A DNA stretch of 40,318 nucleotides from contig JAVZVY010000004.1 in the NCBI GenBank assembly GCA_038878295.1, forward strand, positions 1 through 40,318. Reading direction: 5' to 3'. Within the stretch, counting starts at the first letter, position 1; each line of letters starts with the position of its first letter. This document shows, piece after piece, positions 1-8,853 of the stretch. The position numbers and the translations under genes were made by a program. Under the pieces are notes generated by a model. It worked only from the letters and a program-made list of their open reading frames with translations. It searched no databases and was not told the origin of the DNA. Source of the DNA: Candidatus Micrarchaeaceae archaeon. Its GTDB lineage: Archaea; Micrarchaeota; Micrarchaeia; Micrarchaeales; CABMGC01.

Positions 1-494
1 CTCCTGAAGCTTCTGTAGCCGTAGCACATATCAGTATAGTTGGCGTGGAAAAGGGCGTTGACCAAGCCGACGAAGAACTTGTTGCCGAGCTTCCTTATTA
101 GGGGCATGTCCTCTGTGCCGCCACCTATTATGAATCTTGAGCCCATAGCTATGTCGTGGCCAGCTTCTATAGCGGTTATAAGAAGCTTGAGCTCGTTTGC
201 CCTGTGCGAGAGATCCGCATCCATCGATATTATTACAGAGCCCTTGCTTTCCTTTATGCCCTTTACAAGCGCGGAGCCCTTTCCTACATCGTCGTAGATA
301 ATCCTCGCGCCAAGGCGCCTTGCTATGCCTGCGGTGTTGTCCTTAGAATGCTTGTCCACCACGATTATCTCGTAGCTGTAGCCGTCTAGCGCCTGTTTTA
401 TGTCTTTTATGACCCTGCCTATGTTTCTGGCCTCGTTTAGCGTCGGTATCACAATCGAGACATAAGGTTTTTTGGCTTGCATGTACTGGCCCAT
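1..494 (-). CDS. GT2 glycosyltransferase (polyprenol-phosphate glycosyltransferase/DPM1-like), 3' end outside window
   Basis: Not in the ORF track. Manual translation from ATG at 494 gives MGQYMQAKKPYVSIVIPTLNEARNIG...EIIVVDKHSKDNT...GKGSAL...ISMDADLSH...IAMGSRF...YTDMCYGYRSFR, which are typical GT2/DPM motifs. The frame is open to the window edge. Confidence 0.9.
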   Translation of the reverse strand, partial: MGQYMQAKKPYVSIVIPTLNEARNIGRVIKDIKQALDGYSYEIIVVDKHSKDNTAGIARRLGARIIYDDVGKGSALVKGIKESKGSVIISMDADLSHRANELKLLITAIEAGHDIAMGSRFIIGGGTEDMPLIRKLGNKFFVGLVNALFHANYTDMCYGYRSFR

Positions 495-564
495 TTATTG
501 ATATTTGCAGCAATATTTATATATCAGACAACATATTTAATTATCGGTTATTCTAGGTAGCACT
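495..564. promoter_or_regulatory. Divergent archaeal promoter region (AT-rich, TATA-like boxes)
   Basis: 70-bp gap between divergent ATGs. TTTATATA (~514-521) and TTTAATTA (~535-542) each lie 20-30 nt from a start codon, consistent with leaderless transcripts. Confidence 0.5.
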
Positions 565-1626
565 ATGAGCCTCAAAAAGTTTCTCGGGCTCGGAATGACG
601 GCTTTAATCAGCAATTTTTCCGAGCTTCGCAACCCATACAAGCTCACCTTTGCCATATCGTACTGGTGCAATTCAAGGTGCAAGACTTGCAATATATGGC
701 AGCTTAAGCCAAAAGGTGAGCTCAGCCTAGACGAAATAAGGGAATTCGCTAGGAAAAACACATCTTTCAGGTGGATAGAGATAACTGGTGGAGAGCCGTT
801 CATGAGGAGCGACATAGTCGATATAGTTAAGGCATTCTACGAGAACTCGAAGGGCTTATACATAGTGACTATACCTACAAATTCGCTCACAAACCACGAC
901 ATGGTCATATCTAAGATAGAGCAGATGCTTGATCTTGGGCTTCCGAGGCTTTCAATAACAGTAAGTCTTGACGGGTATAGAGAACTTCATGATGAGATAA
1001 GAGGAGTAAAAGGGAACTATGACAAAGCCATAGACATGTTCAAAAGACTCAAAGAACTAAAAAAGGAACATAAAAACTTGTTCTTCGTCTTCGGCTACAC
1101 AATGAGCAGCATGAATCAGGGCATGCTTGAGAGAACATATGAAGAGGTGAAGAAAGAGATACCAGACATAACTTACAATGACTTTCACATAAATGCTGCA
1201 CAGCTTTCTGACATCTATTACAGCAACACGAATGCAAATATACTGCCCAATGCAGCGGCAATGGCTGAAGAGGTCACAGCTTTTATAAAAAAGAGACGCT
1301 TTGAAATTGGATCTATACCAATAATAGAAAGAACTTTCTTGAAGCTCCTTGTAGAATACCTCAAAACTGGGAAAAGCCCGATCAAAAGCAGGAGTTTGGA
1401 TGCATCGCTGTTCCTTGACAGCTACGGCAACGTATATCCTTCAATAATGTGGAGCAGGAAAATAGGCAACATCAGGGATTTTGGATACAGCCTTGAGGGT
1501 CTGTGGCACAATGATGAGGCAAACGCCGTAAGGAAGATCATAAATGAGGGCGGAGAGCCGCAGAGTTGGACTGCATGCGAAGCGTATCAGGCAATCGTTG
1601 GCGATGTAAAAACTATGATTAAATAA
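565..1626 (+). CDS. Radical SAM protein with degenerate SPASM/twitch-like C-terminal domain
   Basis: CxxxCxxC (CNSRCKTC), ITGGEPF, VSLDG..HDEIRGVKG motifs. C-terminal DSYGNVYPS...KIGNI resembles a SPASM domain. Confidence 0.9.
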   Translation: MSLKKFLGLGMTALISNFSELRNPYKLTFAISYWCNSRCKTCNIWQLKPKGELSLDEIREFARKNTSFRWIEITGGEPFMRSDIVDIVKAFYENSKGLYIVTIPTNSLTNHDMVISKIEQMLDLGLPRLSITVSLDGYRELHDEIRGVKGNYDKAIDMFKRLKELKKEHKNLFFVFGYTMSSMNQGMLERTYEEVKKEIPDITYNDFHINAAQLSDIYYSNTNANILPNAAAMAEEVTAFIKKRRFEIGSIPIIERTFLKLLVEYLKTGKSPIKSRSLDASLFLDSYGNVYPSIMWSRKIGNIRDFGYSLEGLWHNDEANAVRKIINEGGEPQSWTACEAYQAIVGDVKTMIK

Positions 1627-1708
1627 ATTCTTAGCGCCTCAGTCTCATCAGAGTAGCGCTTTTCCGCAAAGTTTAATAAACGGTAAATTCAATTTATTTT
1701 GAGATTTT

Positions 1709-3412
1709 ATGTATGTTCTTGGAGTCTGGGATGGCCACGATTCTGGAGCAGCTCTGCTCGAAGACAACAAGATAGTCTTTGCAGCGAATGAGGAACGATT
1801 CACAAAAAGGAAGCTCGAAGTTGACTTTCCATACAACTCGATAAAGGCCGCACTCAGCTTTGCTGGGATAAAGCCAAAAGATGTAAACGTCGTAGCGTTT
1901 GCCACTACGGAATTCACAAAAACGCTTGAAAGGATAATGCCTTATTCGAAGGAGTACTACTATATGTACAGAAGGAGGAAGATGCTCAGACCTAGCTTTG
2001 ACAATCTTCGCCATTATCTCAAATACACAATGACTCAGATTGGCGTACTACCCTTCTGCACAGAAATAAGCAAAGCTATAGTTTCTCAGAATCTAAAGCA
2101 TGCTGGTTTTGAGGATTTTAAGATTTATGCTGTTGACCACCATACGGCGCACGCCGCAACTGCAGCGTTTGCATCTGGTTTCAAGAAGTCGCTCGTTGTG
2201 ACTCTTGACGGACTTGGGGATGGGCTGAGCGGCTCCATAAGCATTCTTGAAAATGGGAAGCTGGAGAGGCAGCATGCATTGCCCGCTAAGAATTCTATCG
2301 GCATCTTTTACGAGCAGGTTACTAACATACTTGGCATGAGGGAGCTCGAGGACGAGGGCAAAATAATGGCGATGGCCGATTATTCTTATCCGTTCAAGTT
2401 CGAAGAGAACAAGCTTAAGGATTTCTTCAGGGTCGATGGCATAGACATAATAGCAAAATATTCGCATGTTAAGCAGTTCAAGATGCTTGACGCAATAAGC
2501 TGGGGGACTCCTAGGGAACAGTTCGCGTATATGGCGCAGCAGCTGCTTGAAAATGTTCTGCAAAAATTCTTTGAAAACGCTTTGGACGAATTTGGGATAG
2601 GCGACGTAGCTATAGCCGGAGGCACCATGTCAAACGTAAAGGCTAACATGAAGATAAGGAAGCTTGAGAAACTCAAAAGATGGTTCGTGTTCCCGCACAT
2701 GGGCGATGGCGGCATGGCCATGGGCGCGGCCATGTATGCGAATTACATGCTTAACGGAGTAAGCGCGTACAAATTCGACGACGCGTATCTTGGCCCTTCT
2801 TACACTGAAAGAGAGATAGAGACGGCGCTGAAGAAGGCTAAGGACCTGACATACGAATATGACAGCGCAAAAAGTTCCCATGCGGCGGACCTGATAAATG
2901 ACGACAACTATGTCTTCTGGTTCCAGGGCAGGATGGAATATGGGCCGAGGGCGCTCGGCAACAGGAGCATACTTGCGAAGGCTTCGTCTGAGACTGTGAA
3001 AGACAGGCTTAATCTCTACGTTAAAAAGCGAGAATGGTTCCAGCCATTCGCCCCTTCAATGCTAGTAAGCAATGCTGAAGACCTGCTCAAGGACGTAAAA
3101 GGTTACGACAGGTTCATGACAATGGCTTACGAAGTAAAGGAGGACAAAGCGGATCTCATGCGCTCTGTAATGCATGTAGACATGACCGCAAGGCCGCAGA
3201 TGGTCGGCAACGAGAATAAAGACTACAAGCTCCTCCTTGAGAAGATTGCGAAGAGCATAGGCTACGGTGTAGTTTTGAACACGAGCTTCAACATACACGG
3301 CATGCCTATAGTGATGAGCCCGGAAGACGCGATAGACACAATGAAGAAAACAGGCACAAGATACATGTTTCTAGGCGATTATTTCGTGGAAAACAAAAAG
3401 GCAGTTACATGA
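1709..3412 (+). CDS. O-carbamoyltransferase, NodU/CmcH/TobZ family
   Basis: GHDSGAAL, EERFTKRK, DHHTAHAA, TLDGLGDG, PHMGDGG, FQGRMEYGPRALGNRSILA, KKREWFQPFAPS, HVDMTARPQ, LNTSFNIHG motifs. Confidence 0.95.
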   Translation: MYVLGVWDGHDSGAALLEDNKIVFAANEERFTKRKLEVDFPYNSIKAALSFAGIKPKDVNVVAFATTEFTKTLERIMPYSKEYYYMYRRRKMLRPSFDNLRHYLKYTMTQIGVLPFCTEISKAIVSQNLKHAGFEDFKIYAVDHHTAHAATAAFASGFKKSLVVTLDGLGDGLSGSISILENGKLERQHALPAKNSIGIFYEQVTNILGMRELEDEGKIMAMADYSYPFKFEENKLKDFFRVDGIDIIAKYSHVKQFKMLDAISWGTPREQFAYMAQQLLENVLQKFFENALDEFGIGDVAIAGGTMSNVKANMKIRKLEKLKRWFVFPHMGDGGMAMGAAMYANYMLNGVSAYKFDDAYLGPSYTEREIETALKKAKDLTYEYDSAKSSHAADLINDDNYVFWFQGRMEYGPRALGNRSILAKASSETVKDRLNLYVKKREWFQPFAPSMLVSNAEDLLKDVKGYDRFMTMAYEVKEDKADLMRSVMHVDMTARPQMVGNENKDYKLLLEKIAKSIGYGVVLNTSFNIHGMPIVMSPEDAIDTMKKTGTRYMFLGDYFVENKKAVT

Positions 3413-5166
3413 TCTGGGGCTACGTGGTCACTGCTGCAATTGCGGTTTCTTTTTTAGGGCTCATCGTATCGCTGTTCTTGGCGAGGCGCGATATTAGGAA
3501 GTCAATGGCAGGAGTAGGCAAAGCTTCGTCGCTTGCTCTGATTGCAATCATCGTGTTTTTCGTGGTGTTTGCGCTTAACTTTGTCAAGCCTGTAGAGCAA
3601 TTGTATTTTGACGAGAACATTTACCAAGGCGTCGCACTTAACATACTAATGCACGGAAACGCATTGTGGTGCCAGTATGGCACAGGCTACCTGCACAACT
3701 GCTTTGCCAACGCTGTTTATCACGATCCCGTTGAAATATCATTCTTCTTAGCAGTGGCCTTCGCGATCTTTGGCATAGGCACGACTACCGCATACCATGC
3801 GCAGCTTCTTGTCGGCGCGCTCTCGATTGTCGCGGTTTTCGGACTTGCTTATGTGATATTCAAAAGAAATGACATCGCTGTTGCGTCGGCCTTTGCGTTT
3901 ACGCTGATGCCTATGCTCTTTATATGGTCTAGGACGCAGGCCGATCCTGACTTGTACTTCATGCTTCTTTCAACTATTGCGTTCTTCCTTTTTGCGGTGT
4001 TTGCTGAGCATACAAACAGGAAGACGCTGCTGGCATTCATGTTCAGCCTCATACTTGCAGTGTATGCCAGATCCGAAGCTGTGCTGCTGGTGGTTGTATT
4101 CGCCATACTCATGTTCGCATTTGGCAAAGATGGAATTAGGGAGACAGCAAGCAGCAGGCTGCAAAAAGTGGTCTACACGATAAATTCTGATACCAAAACC
4201 CTGCTCGTTTTTCTGGCTTTCATCATGCTGATGATCCCCCAAGTTTATTACCTTGCATCAGAGCTGCAGTCGCCTTCATATGGGCAGCCCTCAAACCAGA
4301 GCATCATCTCGTTGTCAAATTTTGCAGAGAATCTAGTACCAAATATTAACTTCTTTTCCGGTGCGTATAACAGCATTTATGAATACCCTGTCGTTTTTCC
4401 ATGGGAAACCACGATGCTTGCAGCGATTGGCTTCGCCTTTTTAGTTTTTTATTCAAATGAGAGGAATAGGTTTTCAGCTTTGCTTATGCTCGGTCTGTGG
4501 ATCCTTGTTTACTTTCTGTTTTATACTTCGTTTTACGCCGGCGCCGTAACATATGGCGTCGACAGCAGATTTATGCTTCAGGTACTTCCAGGTATAGCGA
4601 TACTCGCTGGGGTGGGCATCGCCGAACTTAGCGTTGTTTACGGAGGTCTTATCCGCGGGCTTTGCATAAAGCGCAAATTTAGGATTAAGAGAATCAAAAA
4701 GGTTCGGTATGCGCAAGCGTGTACATATGCAGCGTTTGCAGCGGTTGTATTCGCATCGCTGCTCGTGCCGTTCGCGCTGCTGCTTCCGCTCACTGCGATT
4801 GCGCCAGGAAACATGCCGCAGCAGGGGGTTATACTTCCGGCAATCAATTTCTTCTACGCAAATTATAGCAAAGTGCCTGCGGATTGCCTTGTTTTTTCTT
4901 TCACTCCAGACATATGGTACGAAGTAAACAGGAGTTCTGCTCAAATAGACTATCTTGGCTCTTCCGATGCAAACTTTACAGATACTCTAAAGAGATACAG
5001 CTGCTTTGTCTTTGACTACGGTTACTGGTGCCTAGTGCCGCCGTATCACAACACCACATGCAAATATGCATTGGAGGACTACAAAATGAAACTGCTTTCG
5101 CAGGGGCCAGAAACTCCGGCTGGCGATGCTCCCGCGTTTTACATGATTCTCAATTATACAGACTAG
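3409..5166 (+). CDS. GT-C fold (ArnT/PMT-like) membrane glycosyltransferase
   Basis: Many TM segments; first-loop acidic motif YFDENIY; YARSE and DSRFML motifs; extracellular C-tail with sequons. ATGA overlap with the carbamoyltransferase stop. Paralog of 19708..21528. Confidence 0.75.
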   Translation: MIWGYVVTAAIAVSFLGLIVSLFLARRDIRKSMAGVGKASSLALIAIIVFFVVFALNFVKPVEQLYFDENIYQGVALNILMHGNALWCQYGTGYLHNCFANAVYHDPVEISFFLAVAFAIFGIGTTTAYHAQLLVGALSIVAVFGLAYVIFKRNDIAVASAFAFTLMPMLFIWSRTQADPDLYFMLLSTIAFFLFAVFAEHTNRKTLLAFMFSLILAVYARSEAVLLVVVFAILMFAFGKDGIRETASSRLQKVVYTINSDTKTLLVFLAFIMLMIPQVYYLASELQSPSYGQPSNQSIISLSNFAENLVPNINFFSGAYNSIYEYPVVFPWETTMLAAIGFAFLVFYSNERNRFSALLMLGLWILVYFLFYTSFYAGAVTYGVDSRFMLQVLPGIAILAGVGIAELSVVYGGLIRGLCIKRKFRIKRIKKVRYAQACTYAAFAAVVFASLLVPFALLLPLTAIAPGNMPQQGVILPAINFFYANYSKVPADCLVFSFTPDIWYEVNRSSAQIDYLGSSDANFTDTLKRYSCFVFDYGYWCLVPPYHNTTCKYALEDYKMKLLSQGPETPAGDAPAFYMILNYTD

Positions 5167-6008
5167 CGCTTGCGACGGTTCTCTTTTTTCTTTGATGTGC
5201 GAATTTTCCTTGACAAGAATGCGGATCGCACTATAAACAGTATCACTATGACGATTACCGCAGCAGCTGCATAATATATGAGGCTTGTTGCATTGAAAAT
5301 TGGGCTGCTGCTCTGCTGGGATATCACTATGGTTGCGAGAGCTGCATAATTAGCGCCGTTTAATCTGTAGTTTAGGGCTACGCCGCCGCTGTACGAAGCC
5401 GAAGCTTCCGGCGACCTTACCATAAACGTTAGGTTTTTTCTTTCGTATGGAAGCAGAGTAACGGTGTAGCTCGCGTTCGTTAAGTAGCTGAATCCTGGCG
5501 GTAGTATAAGTGATACGTTTGTGATTATGTTCTGCTGCACAGCGCTGAAAATGCTTGCGTTTATGGTAGATACGCCCTTCGATGTGGATGTCGAAACTGT
5601 GGCATATATCTGTGAAGTGGCTGGTTTGCCTACAGCTATAAGGCATGGAAACACCGCGGTGAACGTGCTGGAGCCCTGCTGATAAGACGCAATAAAGTAC
5701 ATCACATAGCTCCCAACCAATGACAGATTGGCAATAGGTATTTTTACGTTCGCGCTTGTTCCCGGATTTAAAACCGACACGTTGTATGTGCTGCGAGGCA
5801 TAGATGCATTGAGTATTCTAGGGCTTAACACTATAGAATACGCGCTTGTGTTACCGCTATTTGATAGAGTAAAGTTTATTGCACCATCTATAGGATATGT
5901 GCCGCAAGTTCCAGAAAGCACAACTGTGCCTGCATGTAGCGTGCCAAACGCAAGCAGCATAGCAAGCATCAATACAAAAGGCTTCATGAAACCACTTGCT
6001 GGATGCAT
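5163..6008 (-). CDS. Secreted, C-terminally membrane-anchored surface protein (Ig-like beta domains)
   Basis: Signal peptide, S/T/N-rich beta-type sequence with sequons, C-terminal TM followed by a basic tail. Confidence 0.75.
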   Translation of the reverse strand: MHPASGFMKPFVLMLAMLLAFGTLHAGTVVLSGTCGTYPIDGAINFTLSNSGNTSAYSIVLSPRILNASMPRSTYNVSVLNPGTSANVKIPIANLSLVGSYVMYFIASYQQGSSTFTAVFPCLIAVGKPATSQIYATVSTSTSKGVSTINASIFSAVQQNIITNVSLILPPGFSYLTNASYTVTLLPYERKNLTFMVRSPEASASYSGGVALNYRLNGANYAALATIVISQQSSSPIFNATSLIYYAAAAVIVIVILFIVRSAFLSRKIRTSKKKENRRKR

Positions 6009-6105
6009 AATGCACCGAAACGTGAAATCCCTGCAGTGTATTATAAGCGATGCCTACGAGCAAATTGTTTGCTTCAGTAGGAATAGTCAGAAAAAGAATA
6101 AAAGG

Positions 6106-6516
6106 CTAACTGCTGCGGTCAGCGAAGTACTTCTTGTAGGATTTTGGCTTCATCACGCCAACAAAATACATGAACGACGCATCCGGATTTGTCTGCGCAC
6201 CGCAGGAATATATGTCGATCGTCGCGTACGCGCTTTCTGGCCATGTGTGCAGCGCAATGTGGCTCTCCTTGATCAGGGCTATTATTGATACACCGCCATT
6301 GTTTGGCGAACCCTGAATCTTGAACTGTTTCTTCATTATGCTTACTATGTGCATGTTGCCTAACTCAGCCGCCTTAATTGTTGCGGCTTCAAGCGCAGCC
6401 ATGTCTGTAAGTATTCTATTGTCTATTCCATAAAGGTTGCCGTATACGTGCTTGCCTACGACTCTACCGTAACTTTCCTGTACTTGAATCGTTTCCTCTT
6501 TAATCGATCTCTTCAT
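6106..6516 (-). CDS. Pyruvoyl-dependent decarboxylase of the AdoMetDC (SpeD/SpeH) family, probably arginine decarboxylase
   Basis: Self-cleavage motif KE|SHIALHTWPE, ATIDIYSCG and C-terminal ADRSS. GKHVYGNLY resembles the crenarchaeal ArgDC paralog. Lies directly downstream of agmatinase on the same strand. Confidence 0.85.
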   Translation of the reverse strand: MKRSIKEETIQVQESYGRVVGKHVYGNLYGIDNRILTDMAALEAATIKAAELGNMHIVSIMKKQFKIQGSPNNGGVSIIALIKESHIALHTWPESAYATIDIYSCGAQTNPDASFMYFVGVMKPKSYKKYFADRSS

Positions 6517-6591
6517 TTTATCACATATGCGTGAGAATTATATGTTTATACTTAAAAATATTTTGCTGTTGATTTTTTATTTGATTACTTG

Positions 6592-7473
6592 CTAATTCTG
6601 ACTTTGAAAAAAATAGCCTATTGTCAAATAGGTTAACTTAGCGGCAAGGTAATCTGGCGCAATCATATATGGGATTGGACTGAGCTCCACAACGTCGAAG
6701 CCCATCAGATTCTTGGATTTGCCTATGCGCTTTATTAGATCAGAGAGCTCCCTGAATGAGAGACCGCCTGGCTCAGGCGTTCCAACGCTCGGCATTTCGC
6801 TCGGATCCAGCACGTCAAGGTCTATGCTCAGATATACGTTTTCCTTTGTGAGGCTTAAGATTTTTTTGGCAAGATCTTCTGCGCTTGTGGTGTGAACCTC
6901 TTCTGCGAAGATCACGCGCTCCCTGTCAATATGCTTTGCAGACTCTTCATCTATACTTCTTATGCCAACCTGCACGGGATCGCTGTAGAGCTCTTTTACT
7001 CTGGCCATCACAGTAGCATGGGTATACTTGCTGCCGTAGATTTCGTCCCTTGAATCCGTGTGAGCGTCAAACTGTATGACACTCATCTCGACTCCCCTTT
7101 CTTTGAATGCGCTTGCCGCGCCGATTGTTATGGTGTGCTCGCCGCCAAGCATAAGAGGCGTCTTTTTGTCGTCTATGATTATGCCTATCTCTTTGCTGAT
7201 GCTAGCTATCATCTTCTCAGGCGAACTCAAATTTGGCGCAAGCTCATCAAGAGTGTAGATGCCAAGGTCTTCCAAACTCCGCCCCAACTCGTAGCTGTAG
7301 AGCTCGATGTTTCGGCTTGCTTCTATTATCGCACGTGGCCCCTCACGCGAGCCCGTTTTGTATGTTGCAGTAGAGTCGTACGGCACCGGCAACACTACTA
7401 TTTTTGCAGTGCTGTAATCCTGCTTTTCCAATCCAAAGAGATTGCGCTTCGGCATTTGATTTAGAAGCTCCAT
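6592..7473 (-). CDS. speB: Agmatinase (ureohydrolase family)
   Basis: GGEHTIT, QFDAHTD, QVGIRS, YLSIDLDVLDPS, VGTPEPGG, FDVVEL motifs. Start moved to ATG 7473 (MELLNQ), because the longer ORF overlaps the divergent gene. Confidence 0.92.
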   Translation of the reverse strand: MELLNQMPKRNLFGLEKQDYSTAKIVVLPVPYDSTATYKTGSREGPRAIIEASRNIELYSYELGRSLEDLGIYTLDELAPNLSSPEKMIASISKEIGIIIDDKKTPLMLGGEHTITIGAASAFKERGVEMSVIQFDAHTDSRDEIYGSKYTHATVMARVKELYSDPVQVGIRSIDEESAKHIDRERVIFAEEVHTTSAEDLAKKILSLTKENVYLSIDLDVLDPSEMPSVGTPEPGGLSFRELSDLIKRIGKSKNLMGFDVVELSPIPYMIAPDYLAAKLTYLTIGYFFQSQN

Positions 7474-7491
7474 AGTTACTTTACGGAACAA

Positions 7492-7501
7492 ATTTATAAA
7501 T
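7492..7501. promoter_or_regulatory. Palindromic TATA box ATTTATAAAT shared by divergent genes
   Basis: Perfect palindrome near the centre of the 48-bp gap. Its first T is about -27 from ATG 7473 on the minus strand and about -29 from ATG 7522 on the plus strand. Confidence 0.6.
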
Positions 7502-7521
7502 ACGTTTACAATATAGAAGCC

Positions 7522-8382
7522 ATGAACAAAATCGGAGCGATACTCAGGCTCACAAGGATAGAACATAGCGTCATGCTTATAATTGCGGTTGTTGCGGCTG
7601 AGCTTATAGCAAGCCGCAGCTTGCCGGATTATTTTGTGCTGGCACTAAGTCTGATTACACCAATATTCATAAGCATGGCTTCTTTCGCGATAAACGACTA
7701 TTTCGACATAGAAACAGACAGGCTAAACAAGAAAAGCAGACCACTTGTAACAGGCGCCCTTAAGCCTAAGGACGCTGTCTATGTTACGGTGATAAGCCTC
7801 TTGGTAGGGGTAGGAGCCAGCGCGTTGATAAACTGGCAATGCTTCGCAATAGCGCTTGTTTTCGGCGCTTTGGCTATGCTGTACAGCTATAAGTTGAAGG
7901 AGGTGCTAATCGTAGGCAACGCGTACATAGCCTTTGCGATGGCTGTGCCTTTTGTGTTTGGAAACTACGTTGTCAGCGCCTCTTTGAACAGTGCCGACAT
8001 TTGGCTTTTCTTCATGATATTCGTGAGCGGCATGGCGAGGGAAATACATGGCACGATAAGGGATTACGAAGGCGACGTAAAGGTAAGAAGGGCAACTAAC
8101 CTGCCGAAGATTATTGGGATCAGAGGCGCAGCAATCGTTGCGCTGGCGCTCTACGCGCTGGCCATAGCCATAAGCGTGTTTATTTTTCTATATTTCGCGC
8201 CATTCGCCAACAACTTCGCGTACCTTATTCCAATACTCCTTACGGACGCGCTTCTAGCGTACGTTGGCGTTGGCTATGTCTTAATTGACGATAGAAAATT
8301 TTACGACAGGTCAAGGAACGTATCGCTCTTGGCGATGGGGTGGGCCCTCGTTGTGATATTGGCTGTGGCTGCTGTTTATTAG
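7522..8382 (+). CDS. UbiA prenyltransferase, probably digeranylgeranylglyceryl phosphate synthase
   Basis: INDYFDIETDRLNKKSRPL, LYSYKLK, REIHGTIRDYEGD motifs; multiple TMs. Confidence 0.85.
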   Translation: MNKIGAILRLTRIEHSVMLIIAVVAAELIASRSLPDYFVLALSLITPIFISMASFAINDYFDIETDRLNKKSRPLVTGALKPKDAVYVTVISLLVGVGASALINWQCFAIALVFGALAMLYSYKLKEVLIVGNAYIAFAMAVPFVFGNYVVSASLNSADIWLFFMIFVSGMAREIHGTIRDYEGDVKVRRATNLPKIIGIRGAAIVALALYALAIAISVFIFLYFAPFANNFAYLIPILLTDALLAYVGVGYVLIDDRKFYDRSRNVSLLAMGWALVVILAVAAVY

Positions 8383-8849
8383 CGACCAGCGTATCCGAAT
8401 TCTTTGCGCAGCATAAGCACGTCTTTTTCTATTCTTTTACGAAGGATTTCCCTATTTCTGGCTACGTATGCGATTTTTGCCCTATCGTCCTTCAGGAGTT
8501 TATACAACCGCTCGTTTTTGTCTTGGTATTTGTCAGCTTTGCTTCTGGGTATGAGGTGGAAGTGGAGATGCGGCACTGACCGGCCCGAGTACCTGCCGAC
8601 CTGCGCTGTGAATACGTACGAATTCGCGCCATAAATCCTAAGCAGCGCAGGGATGACTTTTCTAAGAACCTTGTACAAATCTACTACTTCTGATCTGCTA
8701 AGCTTTTCTATGCTTCCGACGTGCCTTTTTGGTATTACAAGAGAATGGCCTGGGAGAGCCGGTGTGATATCGTATGCGACCATCATGAATTTGGTTTCAT
8801 AATATACCTGATCATAGAAGTCGCTTCTGCAGAAAATGTCCTTGCTCAT
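8379..8849 (-). CDS. HIT family hydrolase
   Basis: PALPGHSLVIPKRHV and histidine triad VPHLHFHLIPR. Start at ATG 8849 (MSKDIFC) has a GGTGA SD upstream. Confidence 0.9.
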   Translation of the reverse strand: MSKDIFCRSDFYDQVYYETKFMMVAYDITPALPGHSLVIPKRHVGSIEKLSRSEVVDLYKVLRKVIPALLRIYGANSYVFTAQVGRYSGRSVPHLHFHLIPRSKADKYQDKNERLYKLLKDDRAKIAYVARNREILRKRIEKDVLMLRKEFGYAGR

Positions 8850-8853
8850 AGAA

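Noticed and set aside
565..1626. Radical SAM as a tetraether lipid enzyme (Tes/Grs) or RiPP maturase
   Set aside because: It is short with no B12-binding domain, no precursor peptide or PqqD-like domain is visible, and the context is glycosylation.
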